NCBI GenBank assembly: GCA_047967505.1
Contig: CM106538.1
DNA length: 64,000 nt
Direction: 5' to 3' (one strand)
Origin: Dipteris shenzhenensis
Lineage: Eukaryota
The translations under genes were made by a program, and so were the position numbers. This document shows, one piece after another, positions 41,480 to 54,246 of this stretch. Positions within the stretch are counted from its first letter, which is position 1; each line of letters begins with the position of its first letter. The notes beneath the pieces were generated by a model, which worked only from the letters and a program-made list of their open reading frames with translations, searched no databases and was not told the DNA's origin.

Positions 41480-42290
41480 TCTATGTCGCTTGAGCTCTGA
41501 TAAAAACAAACCCAAGCATTTTTTATCTTTGTACTCCACCACCCTATGGAGTGGGCCAAATCCCTCTCTAAATAGACAGTCGTACCTTCCTCGGATTTCA
41601 TAATATACCGTGCATTTACATACATAATGCTCCTCTGTCTCCTCCTCCTTCTAACATAAGTGACATATCCGATCCTAAGCCGTGAGGTTCGAATATGGCC
41701 AATAATACTACGTAGCCCGTGAGATAGGTGTGTGTCCATGTATGTTGGCTTGGCTATAAGTTCATCTGGAGATAAATGAAGAAAATGGCTCTAGTAGTGT
41801 GCCATCTTCTTCCCTAGGGGCTCATGTGGTCTAGTCTAGGTTCTCTCGGTGGTCTAGTCTAGGTTCTCTCGGTCTCCAACTCGACAATATCAGCTCTAAT
41901 GATCTTGTTTCGGTCATGGTGAGACAAGTCTAACTTGGGACAATCTAAACTGTATTAAAGGGTGGGAGTGCATCCATTGTCAACTCATGCTCTACGAACC
42001 ATATCTGTAGCTTAGCATACCAACACCATGTTCGACCCTCCTCTGCTAGCTGTCTAGATGATATCATAGCCAACCGTGCATATCTGGAGCTAGGTAGATC
42101 CCACAATCTATGTATGCAAGTTACTGCCTGGAACAGAGCCTCGGTCACTAGCGGAGTAGCTGCTAATTCATCTCGTATTATCGGACGTGTTACAGATGAC
42201 TTGCTCCGGATCATGCGGGCAATCAATGTCACTAATGGCCTCTCCAATCTCCTCCACTATCGTCTACACTCTCATAACGAGGATTTACAA
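41480..42290 (-). mobile_element. Degenerate non-LTR retrotransposon C-terminal fragment (family distinct from the L1)
   Basis: RMIRSKSSVTRPIIRDELAATPL..HRLWDLPSSRYARLA..WYAKLQIWF; LRSIIGHIRTSRLRIG and a Cys/His remnant resemble the post-RT part of LINE ORF2. Confidence 0.6.
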
Positions 42291-43014
42291 CTTTGAAGTA
42301 AGCAATCAAACTTCCCTTTTCCCACAATGTAAACTTCCCTTTTCCCACAATGTACTGGTTTTTCACGAAGGCAAGCTTTTGTGACTTGCATTTTGGAGAA
42401 GCCGCTCACTGCCACATCTAAGAGAGATGCTTCTTAGAATGCAAACGAAAGCATTCAATTTTAATTTTAGCCTTACCAAATGGACTCGCAAACCAAATTT
42501 GTGGGTCAACTCAATCTCAACTCTCAATTGAATACAAACAGAATTCGTGCTTTTGAATGGCTCTAAGTTGTTGAACATATACAGATATTGCAACGGTATG
42601 GCTGCTCTTGAAACTCATCTGTTGGCTACATCTATCATGTTGGACGTCATCTATGCAATTTATTCATTTTTCTCTCAAAAAGCCCACATGAATCATGGGA
42701 AAACTTTCGTGATGTTTCTAGAGAGAACTTCTACTCGAAACCAGTAGTACGTAACAGACCTTCATCCACAAAAAATGACGAATAGCAACAAACGAGAAGT
42801 TTTAGACATGGATTCAGATGGGCTCCGAAGATATATTTTGTGGCAAGAATCACTATCAACTTAGCAAGGCTTGTTGAAGCTGCCAAGCCCTCACATTCAA
42901 TAGCGCCACCACCAACTTCATCAAGCAACCTGCAAAGTAAAGTTCTATTGTTGCGCTCTTCGTTGTCATATTGAGTTTGCTTGGCTGGGGTCAAGTCAAG
43001 GTGCAATTGCAACG

Positions 43015-43310
43015 CTACTGTAACAACTCCAAAGCAACCAACGCCGAGTTGGTTACTAGTAAACCCAAAGGTCGAATATTCTAGCTCTTTGAAAGCGAAT
43101 ATTTGAAAATACAACGTAGCTAGATCCATCTCTTCCTTGTACGCTAGATGCGCCTCCGACAGTTCTTTTATTGACAAAATCACAGACGCTATTGCGACAA
43201 AGATCAAAATGAAAGGTCCTATAAACAAACCGGATGATTTTGTGAATTCCAAATAATTTGCAATTGAGTATGGTTCCACGCCTATCAATCCAAAATACTC
43301 AAACTTCATT
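43015..43310 (-). pseudogene. Receptor-like kinase fragment (TM, juxtamembrane, kinase subdomain I)
   Basis: Hydrophobic stretch GLFIGPFILIFVAIASVIL, then FAFKELEYSTFGFTSNQLGVGCFGVV (compare FSYKELxxATxGFxxxLGxGGFGxV); rest of the kinase absent. Confidence 0.6.
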
Positions 43311-44004
43311 AACAACGACCATAAGCAGTACATTCAAAAGAGGTGAAATGGGGAAAAAGGGCACACTCTTCCACCTAGCTGAAATCCACAGAAGTCCTGA
43401 CGATGGAAATGCCTTGGTGAGTGAGAAAGCAAGGTGGAACAAGTCGATGAGGAAAGAAGGCAAAAGCGAGGTGCATGGGGACAAAGAGGCGAGATGCATG
43501 GCTACCCCAAACACTCGTCTTCTACGACTGCCAAGGGTCCAGCACACTCGAGTGCTAGCAAATCACATGGTTGTCAAATGTCCAAGAACCAGAGTTCAAA
43601 GGGAAACTAAAACGTTGCTAACAATATGAGCTCCCTCTTCTATCAATAACTTGTGTCTACGACAAGAGAGAGCACATTCTCTTACTATTCACCTCCTCTC
43701 CCATTCCAATTACTTCAACTCTCTTCCTTCATCCACAATTAACCTAATCTCTCTACCATTTCAATTAATTAATCTCCTCTCTACCTCCTATCCACCTCCT
43801 CTCCCACTTCAATTACTTCACCTCCTCTCCCATTTCAATTACTCATCTCTCTTGGTGCCCCCCTTCATCCACAATTAACCTAATCTCTCTACCATATCAA
43901 TTAATTAATTAATAGGCCCCAAAATCAATCTGGGTTACCTAATTATTCTCTATCAAAAACTTGGGTTACATTGAGAAGGTAACACTGCGTAACAACCCTC
44001 AGCC

Positions 44005-45547
44005 TTATGTTGGAAGATCGGCCGCTCTCACCCGTTGAATCAGTTCCTGAAAATTGTTGTGCGACGAGCCGCCCTCCGCAACTGCTTTCTTGGCCATTTC
44101 ACTCAGCATTTTTGATGCCTTTCTCATCTCTTTGCCTTCTTCTCCCTGCATCAGAGATCTCACCACCTTTTCCACCTCTTCCTTCTCCACCGAGCCATCC
44201 TCCCTATGCTTAAACTCCATGCCTATTTTCCAATGGTCCACCAGGAGCCTCCGATTCATCCTTTGTTCAGCAACATGCGGCCAGCAGATCATCGGAACTC
44301 CTCCTGTAGATAGATTTTCGATAATCGAATTCCATCCTCCGTGGGTTAGAAAGCCACCCACGGAGCGATGGGACAAAACGAGAAGTTGAGGTGCCCAAGA
44401 TATTATGAGGCCTCTGTCCTTCGTTCGAGACAGGAACCCGTCGGGAAGGGCATCAGTCAGAGAAGCTTCAACTGAATCGGGACGAATAACCCACAGAAAA
44501 GGTTGCTCACTGGCTTCGACGCCCAATGCCAGTTCTTTGAGTTGTGATGCAGGAATCGAGGCGACGCTGCCAAAAGAAATATACAAAACGGACGAAGCTT
44601 CTCGCGTGTTGAGCCAAGTAAGGCACTCGTCTTGCTCAGGCCAGTAGTTCACATCCAGTCGCGTAGGAGAGCCCGATAGGAGAAGCAAAGGACCCACAGC
44701 GTAGGTAGGCTTCTCTGTTCTGAGTGCGGCACAAGCTGCTTCTTCGAGTTCTTGAAAAGTGTTGATTATGATGGCAGAGGCCTTTCGGAGGCCCTCACAT
44801 ATGTTAACGACAAATTGGTACCGAAAATGCGAGGAACCGAAGGTCAAGCAGTGGGCGAAATCGGCGGGAAGGAGGGGGGGAACACCCGGGATGTCTGGGA
44901 TGGGGTGAGGAGGCAAGCATCCATTATCATCTGGGAAGAGGGATGAAACAGAAGGTTAGGCTGGGCAAAGGAACTTTGGAACGAAATGAATCAAACTCAA
45001 CTGGATGGAGAGAGAGAGAGAGAGAGAGCAAACCTCGGGGGAAGGGGAGGATACCGCGGGAGATGAGCGAGGGGATATGGAGGAAGAGGGAGCAGCTGGT
45101 GGCGTTGGAGGTGAAGAAGCAGAAGGCGGGGAAGGAGAGGTGGGAGGCGAGGGAAGGGATCCAGAGAATGAAGGCATCGTAGATGAGGAGGGAGACGGGG
45201 GGGAGGCGAGGGAGGAGGTCAAGAAAGGCAGGCTCCATGTTGAGCATGGAGTCGAAGGAGTCACGGAAGCTGGAGCCGCAGGAGCGATGAGGGGGGAGTT
45301 GATCGGGGATGCCAACGACGTGGAAGTTGGAGGGGAAGCTGGAAGCTTTGGTTTTGGAAGCGGCTGTGGTTTCTGAGAGGACGAAGGTGATGGAGAAGCC
45401 ATGGGAGGCGAGGCAGCGGGCGAGCTGCATGAGGGGGTTGATATGGCCCTGTTGAGCAAAGGGCAGAACAACTGCGTGGGGGGGAGCTGATCTCGCCATA
45501 GCTGAGCTCTTCTGCTCCTGCTCCTGCTCTGTTGTTGATCTCGCCAT
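44005..45547 (-). CDS. Family-1 UDP-glycosyltransferase (UGT85-like), join(45547-45034, 44930-44005), 479 aa (463 aa from the second ATG at 45499)
   Basis: PHAVVLPFAQQGHINP (catalytic His), LIYDAF (Asp), SVLYISFGS and PSPG box WAPQLLVLSH..THGGWNS..WPHVAEQ. A 103-bp GT-AG phase-1 intron joins the frames: 514+926=1440 nt with no stops. Confidence 0.95.
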
Positions 45548-45945
45548 AGCTGAGCTTTCCTGCTTCTGCTCCTGCTCTGAAAGTCAACAGAAGGTACCTT
45601 TATCGGGTTTGGAGAAGACGATACAGGGGCGTCCGCCTTTGTGGCACAGACTGATTCCCTTTGAACATGGACATTGCGTCCCAATCAGTGCCAGCTCGAT
45701 GGGCGCACCTGCGCTTTTTCTCCTTATCTTTTTGGCACATGCCAAGCCACGTGTTTTTCATTGGAACAAGCAAAACCAACCCCACAAGCCCACTCTTTGC
45801 TGCGTCACACACCATGAACGGAAATACGTAACAAAGGTGAATTTCATTCATTAGGCCTGCCCTAAAGAAGTTCGTCAGTAACGACGAAAAAAGATAAGGA
45901 AGATGAGGAAAACAAGGTGAATTTCGTTCAAAAGGCCTACCGAAA

Positions 45946-48900
45946 TTAATTTATGGTTGTATATAGAAGTGAGTGGTCTGACCAGGATATGAAATTTGTT
46001 CCATACGTTGTGTTGTTATGGTATGTGTTTTTCCATATGTGGCCAATTGTGGAACCATGAATTGTTGTTGGTTCTTTTATCAATTGCATGAAATTGTATT
46101 TTTGCATGAATTTATGAAGTTGTGATGAAATAGACGAATTCTCACAATGAATATTGAAGTCTCCTATGATTGTAGTTGGAAAATTATGATTCAATTTTAA
46201 AATCATATTTTCCAAGATATTAATGAGTGTTGATTGTGGTGAGGAAGGGTATTTATGAACATTAATGATTGCAAAACTTGGACCTTCATATGTTTTGAAT
46301 GTAGTCAACAAACACTCGCACCTTGTTTTTGTTATGTATTCCTGCATTTGTAATTGCACATTATTTTTATAACATGTTGCTATTCCAACTCCATTCATGT
46401 ATTGCAAAGTTGTGAAACTTTCAAGGGAGAGTGAATCATTATTTTGGCAATGAAGCTCTTGGAGGCACAAGATTGTTGTGCTCATTAAGCTTTTATCAGT
46501 AATAATGTCTTCATAGCGCGAAGATAATGTTCTAGTATTCAAAGATTGCAATGTCATTTGTGTGGGTTTGTTTATAGAGTGATTTATTTGTTTTAGAATC
46601 CATTTTTCGTAGTGATCTCAAGCGTTCGATTTCTTTTACAACGTTCATATCTATTTTGATGTGTTTAGGCTCAAGTGGATTGATGAGAAATAGATTTTTG
46701 GGATCACGAACACGTGAAAGTGCTGCGTATGTAAGACCATGTGTCTTGATGAAGGAAGGATCAAGTGCAAGATAGTCCATTGTTAGACCTTGTGAACAAT
46801 CAATTGTCCTTGATGCTACTGGTTGTAGTAGAAATTACCGTCTAGTAATAGTAATTAAATGATTTTTTCCAATTTGAAATTCTCTTGTAATCTGAAATAT
46901 TGGTGTCCATTGTGGAGGAATGTTTTGAGTGTAGAGGTTTTTGTTGTTGAATTATGTTTTTCTCCCAATGTTAATATTATTAAATTGTATCCAAATGATG
47001 TGTGGATCTTGGTCGATGTTGGATTGTTTGAATATTCCATCTGCTCCATTCACGAAACCATTGCCAATGTCCAAATTTCCTGAACATATTTCTATAATCA
47101 TTCCTGGTTTTAGGTTCGATATGTTGTGCAGTCCAGATGTGTTCTTTGGAGATGTAGAAATGTTTATTGTTTTGCTACATGTTTTATGTCTTTTGTCTAT
47201 AGCTTTGAAGATGTGTGGATTCTCCTTAAGCAATGACAAGACTTCTTCATTGAGTGCATCTTTTGAAGCATTTGTGTAGAATTAGTAGGGAATATCCTCT
47301 TTCTTTAATGGTTGAAGACAGTAGTTATTGTTGAGATATGAGATATCTTCAAGAGTGTGTTCCCCAATTCTAATGTGATTTAGTATGTGTATGTATGCAT
47401 TGTCTCTTTGTCACATTGGTTTTGTTAATTCATATAGGAGGACGTTTTCTGACCAAAATGATGACATCGATTTTGTGTTTGATGATTGATCCATGAATAT
47501 CCATGAGTCTTTTGTTGGACTTGCTTGAAACAAATCTCCACAAAAAATGACATCAATTCCTATGAAAGGTTACTGGTGGTTGTGTTTAATTTCACGCAGT
47601 CGCATATCTGCAACCACAGGTGTACTGTGTCCAATCAATGAAGCTTCATCGAATACTACAAGTTGTAGTTTCTTGTATAGTTGAGATAGTTCTTGCAATT
47701 TTTCGGCAGAGAGGCTTGTGTAATGAGATGCCATGAGTAGTAAATGAAGTGCAGCATGGATGGTTGTGCCTCTAATATTGAAAGCTGCTTTTCCTGTATA
47801 GGTCAGTAACAAGACTTTTGGAAGGTCAATGTTTACTGATTGGTTGTGGGAATAGTGTCGTAAAAGAGCTTATACTATGAGAAGTAGTGTGAATGTTTTA
47901 CCTGTGCCTGCATTTCCTGTCAAAAATAGATGATTCTGCTTTTGCAAATGACATCTTTTTTCAAGCATGATATCGTGGAGAAGCAAATGTTGTTCATTGT
48001 TTAGTAATCTTAGATTGTAGTAATATTCTTGGTTAGGTAACATGGAATGCTTTGGCAAAGACTTGTCAAATTTTTGATTTGGTCTTACATTTTTGGGCAT
48101 TTCTATTCCAATGTCGTATTTGTTGATTTTTTTGGATGTGTGTGTTAATGTTGAAGATAATGTTGTAGATGTATTACTAGAGTTTGTGGGAAATTTTGGA
48201 ATGAGTTTGATATACTTCTCTTCATTTTCATTGATGATGTATTTGTTTTTTAGATACATGTCATGCCATGTTTTGTTATTATCATCAAGGGCAAGCTCAA
48301 TATTGTGGTATGGAAGAAATAGAATACATTTCTCTCTGTAGTGATTTTCAGTCATTGTGAAGGCTATAATTGTTGAAGCGAATGATTTTTTCTTTTTTTC
48401 TTTTTTTTGTATTAGAATTTGTGATTGTGTATTGACTAGTATATGTTGCTAAACATATGTTGTGAAGGTTGCTTGTATGTTTTAAATAATAATATCATCA
48501 AAGAAGATGTTTGTATTCTCAGGATGCATTTTTTCTAGTTGTTCTCGATGTTTTAGTAGGTAGTACGTTTTTCAGGTGGATATGTGTTGATATATTGAAA
48601 TTGTCTAGTTGATGATGATAAGGGTAAAGAAAGTGCCAAGTAAACTGCTTGTTGAGAGCTAATATGTTGAGTATTTAGGATTGCATTCCCAACTCTACGA
48701 ATACATTCGTTTGTTGGAGAGTTTGAAGCAATGCTTTGCATGAGAGCTTGTTTAACTGCTTCAGTAGTCTCTTTGTCTATTTTGGTTATATATGATGTGC
48801 AATATGCTGCTGCTCCATGTGGATTTAGGATGAATTGAATATCTATATTTGCTCCCCATAACTTTGACATTGATGGATTGAAGTTATTTGTGTAAATGTC

Positions 48901-49904
48901 TTTTGGTTCTCTTTTTAACAATAATGTTGGTTGGAAAATAGATGATTGAATTGAACGAATGTACTCTGGCTCTGTCATATTTAATGCTTTTAGAAAGGAT
49001 GAGTAATCAAGGGTTATTGTTGTTAGTTCGAGTAGGAAATTTTCTATTTTTCTTCAGAGGTTTTTTGTCAATATCTTCTTGCAAAGGCTCCAAGATTTGT
49101 GTGTTCTTCATTGGCAAGCATGGAAATCCAAATCTATATTAGTTTTCTTCTTAAAGCAAGTTTTTCGATGTTTATGCGTTTGTATTTCTTGTTTCTCATG
49201 GGGGAATTCCATGATATTAGTAGATACGTATTTATCTACAAATTTTTCTATGTCATCGTTCGAATCAATTCCAAATCTGGGAGAATTTTGTACCCACAAT
49301 AGTCCATGATCATGTTGGCTACCTCTGTTCTGAAATTCTGTCACAAACAAGAAGTTGTTCAATTTTCCTAGTATTGTATCATCTTTTTTTAATAATGTTT
49401 TAAAAGCTTGAAATTTGTGTACGTAATATTGTGCTATTGTGATTGGATCTGATCTTATTAAATTACGCATTTCTATATTGGAATTTGAATTTATGGGTTC
49501 TTGTGATGAAAATAGTTTTTTTAAACATTGTAGAAGTGGTTCCCAAAGCTTCTCTACAGCAGATAGTGTTATGAAGAAACATGGTAGCCCTAATTGTCTT
49601 AACATTGCAAATACATTTTTTTAAAGATGGTGCTTGTAATCAATAGAAGTTATGAGATGTGTGAAGTCACAAATTCCTATATTTGATTGAAGAAGCTTCT
49701 CAATGTTAGTATCTAGGAGAGCATCTTTGACTTGCAATGTTTTACCCTTTGTTTGTGCTTTATGCATGCGAACCCAAGATGAAGAAAGAATTTGTCTTAC
49801 CAATATTTTCATGGTTTTGAAGAAGAGGTTGTCTATAGACATTGCAAATCAATGATCTACATTTGATAATTCCCAAGTAGCAATGGTTTGATATGATGTG
49901 CTAT
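45946..49904 (-). mobile_element. Helentron/HLE2-type element body: HUH Rep, Pif1-type helicase and AP-endonuclease, degenerate
   Basis: Rep: RQLGLPCFFITLSA, EFQNRGSQHDHGLLW, QTHKHRKTC..RFGFP, ANIDIQFIL..YCTSYITK. Helicase: FLTGNAGTGKT, TGKAAFNIRGTTIH, FDEAS, CGDLFQ, SQGLT, YAALSRV. EEP domain: LNTRTL, CLQEL, IGDFNI, SDH. Confidence 0.92.
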
Positions 49905-51102
49905 AAAAAATAAATTATCCATAGGATCTAAAAAAAGGAAAAACAAACATACTTTGTTATTAGATCAATCAAGTAATATTTATACAATAACTCCACTAAT
50001 TTGTTTAGAGAATAAACGAACATACAAAACCTGGAATGAAAAAGATGTAAATGAACTAGAAGAAATATTGTTGCAAAATCATTCTCTCTCAGCAAAAGAA
50101 GTAGGTACATTGTTTTTGCAAACATTTGAAGAAACATCTTATTCTATGCAAAGAGTTCTAAATAAAATATACAAAATGCAAAAAAAAAATCACCCAAATG
50201 CAAATTTAGATCGATCAAAATCTAAACAAAATGAACCATCTCAAAAAACAAGAAAAAGAAAAAGAATTGGAAGAAAATATCGGATACTCCATCATTTGAG
50301 TGTATTTGTTGTGGATCACTCAAATTTTTGTCCAAATTGAAAAAACTAAAAAACCAAAAAGCAATATTTCTACAAAACAATGGTCTTACATTATCAACAA
50401 TTAAATCTCAAAATAACTACCTGTGTTCTATTTGTAACAAGGAAGTCAACAAAAACAAGATGCCATTAAATAGGACATCCTTGCAAATGGTGGCTAAAAT
50501 ACCTTACACTAACAAACTCAACGACATAGAAGCATGTTTAGTTTCCATTCGAATACCATTTGCACAAATACATGAGCTTTCCTACGAAGGACAATATGGT
50601 CTACATGGAAGTGTTGTGAATGTCTTTGCAGATGTTGATAGAGCCCAAAATTATTGCCAAGGTTCATAGTGGAAAATGACACAGTAGCTATGGCAATAAA
50701 ACGGAAGCTATCATACAAACATAGCTACATGAGTGGTATAGTACGTCCAACATTGACTATGCTTGCATTAATAGAATTATTAGACACGCCACTCTATAAA
50801 GAAATTGATGTGAGAGTAAATCATCTTTGGGAAACTCATGTTAAAAACATTCAACAACAAGAAGAACCATCGCAACAAAATTTAGAGGAGCAAATGCGAG
50901 GCAAATGCAAATTGACGAAGATGATTATGCAATAGATACTCTTGTTCATGGTATATATGCAAGCCAACAAGTTGTGGATTTCGAAGATCAAACCATTGTA
51001 GTTGCACCTTCTGAAGGCTTTTCGCCTCTAAGTATATTTAAAGATAAATATTGTGAAGAATTAGCATACTCCAAACTTTTTTTTGGACAAAAAAGAAACT
51101 AT
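49905..51102 (+). mobile_element. Inverted 5' coding segment of the same HLE2 element (Zn-finger/DUF6570-like region)
   Basis: CSICNKEVNKNKMP..LNDIEACLVSIRIPFAQI..GQYGLHGSVVNV..PR..KRKLSYKH..VRP..LYK..VAPSEG..PLSIFKD..EELAY..LFFGQ is the region that normally precedes the Rep motifs. Confidence 0.88.
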
Positions 51103-54099
51103 GCTATCCATGAGAATACAAAAGCATACCTTGAACTCCTTAGTAGTGGTGCCAAAGATATGTAGTCTCTACGGTGACTCATGTGTCATGGGGATCTTGA
51201 AGGAATGACGATGGAGCCTCCACTCCAAGCTACTCCTTATGAGAGCAATGCCCATCCGCATGTGTCACTCAAGTAGCTCTCGGATTGTTGTTGCAATGTG
51301 TTTCCAGGAGAGAAGAGGGAAGGGAGAGAAGGGAGAAGAGAGGGAGAAGGGGAGAAGAGAGGGGAGAAGGGAGTGAAGGGGGATGGAGTGGCAAACACAA
51401 AGGCACTACAAGGGAAACAAGAGAACACCCAAAGACACTCTTGAGAGAGAAGAGGGAGCTTGTATTCCAAACTTGTGCATACAACAATGAAGACCAAAGT
51501 TAACCATTTGGCCTTTTATACAAGTCACCTTTTGAAGGGAGGGCTAACCCTTTTCCTTTTTGCACTCTCCCTCTCTTTACATTTACAAGGCTCTTGGACC
51601 TATATGGTGCCAAGGCATCTTCTCTATCCTTTCCTTCCCTCTTTCTATTGCAGATCTTGTTGTCGTGCTTCTCGATGTGTCAAGAATAGCACTTGTGTTA
51701 ACCATAAAATAGCACTTGGGATAATCCTGGCATTAGGAGGTGCTCCTTCCATGATCCCAAATAGCATTTGTGTTAAACTCTTGTTGCCTGCTGCCCGGGA
51801 TCCAAATGGCTCTTGTGTTATCCTTGCCAATCTGGATGGTCTCAGTACTTGCCTTTGTCCTAAGCCATTTGAGGCCCAGATGGTGAGGTCGATGTTGAGC
51901 CATTTGTGGCTCAAAACCCGTATGGCCTGTAGTTGTGCTCCATGGCTGTGGCTGTTAACATGAGAGACACCACCACCAAGTAGTAATTACCACAAAAGTA
52001 AATCACAAAGCCTAATCACCTCTAATCACTCATTACCATGCATTCTAGTACTCTACTGAGCATGTAAGCTATGGCTGCGGCTGTTAACAATCTTCCACTT
52101 CCTATGTATTTGATTGATTCAAAAATTTCGAGCAACTGATACAAGCTCATGTGCCTCTCCTCCATGCACGAACTGGAGGTAAGCCCTACACACACACCTT
52201 CCAAAATAGCTTACCTTTTCTAGAAATAGAGTTTGCTTTTTCCACTATAGTCAATAAGCTTAGGCTAAGCATCTAATGTTCCAAAAATTAAAATATGTAT
52301 ATAAGCATTTGTAATTTCAAAAAGTAGGCTTTTTGAAGTAAGCCTTGTTTATTCCCTACATCACTGGTTGCACCTTACGCACACAAAAATATGACAAATC
52401 ATGCTTGTCGCCAATAGCCATCACTCGATTAGTTACTCTTCCCCTAAATTCACAACTGCCATCAATAATGCAAATATTTCAAGCATAAGAAACCTTGGAA
52501 TCAATCACCAATATTATTCAATATTTCAACATTTAAGCGATGTAAAATCAACAAATCATAGATGGATGGTGCACACATGCGACACATACCATAGCATGGT
52601 GCACACACTGCTATACATACCATCATTGCATAAGTGGTGCACACATTGCTACACACTCATACAGCCATAGCCATATATCCCTAGCAATGCATACAGATGG
52701 TGCACACACTGCATCAACTGTGCAACAAAATGCTAGATCTCACAACTAAATACTGAAAGATAAAAAAATAATGGGATAATCCCAATTCTCGTAACACTTA
52801 TCTTACATCTAACTAGTACCATGCTGCTCAACAAGCTCAAATCTTGATGCCGAGTGCCTCTGATCTTCTTTGGCTTCCCTCACCTTCCGGTTGCCCCCCC
52901 TCCTCTTGTGTTGGCTAGATGGACAATACTTCCTCCTTGGACACCAAATCTTTTGTGTCTTTCCATTGGGAGCCACAGGGATGTGTCCACTGTGAGGTAT
53001 GCTGGATGATGTCAGGCAAGCACTAAAGAGTCAAAGTTGCAATTCTTTGTATATGCTCAAATTGTGCCTATGCCCGAGTCTCATAGGCACATTGCTCTTC
53101 TTCTTTAGTTTGCTCTCATGTTAACGGTCTCTTCCTTGCTCTTTATCAAAATGTCGATGTTGCTCCGCTCCTAACATTGCAAACGGTAGCAGGTGTTATG
53201 TGAATGTAGAAGGTGGATGCATTGATAAGATATTGGTGGATGCAAGCAAGATAATTTGCATTGTTGGCTCTTTCCCACAGCTTCCGCAAGAAGAGTAGGG
53301 TTTTCTCAGTATGCAAGGTTTCGAGGCTTTTTGTCACCTACAGATATATTGGTGTTGTTGTTTGTAGTATAAGTGTAGCTTAGGACCTCGGGTCGTATTT
53401 CGGTGAGAGACGTAGGCTTAAGTGTAGTAAGCAAACATAGTGCATGCATGTGTGAAAGGAACCTGAATCATCATGATTGGGGTAATGAAGGCTTTTGCCT
53501 TCATTGGGGGTTGAAGGGTTTAGGAGGAGGTTTAGGGTTCAAAAGGAGGTTCCAAGGTTTAGAAGGAGGTTTTGGGGTCTAGAAGAGGTTCAGGGTTCAG
53601 AAGGAGGATCCAAGGTTCAAGGTAGAGTACATGGCGGAGAACTCGTCTCCCTCATAGATCATGGAGGTCAAGGGTTGAGAGACTAAGGGTTTAGGGGGAG
53701 CATAAGAGTGGGAGATGAAGAAGGTGTAAGAGCAAGGGAGAGGAGGAGAGGGAGGAGAAGGGAGGAGGAGGAGGGAGAAGAAGGGAGGAGGAGGAGGGAG
53801 GAGAAGGGAGAAGGGAGGAGGAGGATGGAGGAGAAAGGAGAAGGAGTTGGGAGAAGGAGAGGAGAGGAGGGGTTGCAAGGTTGGAGGAGAGGGGAGGAGG
53901 AGTTGCAAGGTTAGGACATGCTTTTGGACGTGGAGTGCAAGGAAGCATGGACACTTGGAGACAATTTCTTGTAATACCAAAGTAGAACTTAACACAATGC
54001 CCCAAAGAGTGTGGGATTCATTCCATTATGGGGTATTGATACAAGTTGGAGAGGTTCTCTCTCTACATGTAGGAATTGTAAGATAATCTCTCTCTAGAG

Positions 54100-54246
54100 G
54101 TAGAACTTGCATGTAGGAGTTGCATGTAGAACATGCATGTAGGAGTTGCATGTAAAAGTTGCATGTAGGAATCGTATGTAGAACTTGCATGTAGAACATG
54201 CATGTAGGACTTGCATGTAGGACTTGCATGTTGGAGATGCATGTTG
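54100..54246. repeat. ~14-bp minisatellite (tgcatgtag(a/g)a(c/g)(t/a))n
   Basis: About ten direct copies are visible. Confidence 0.85.
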
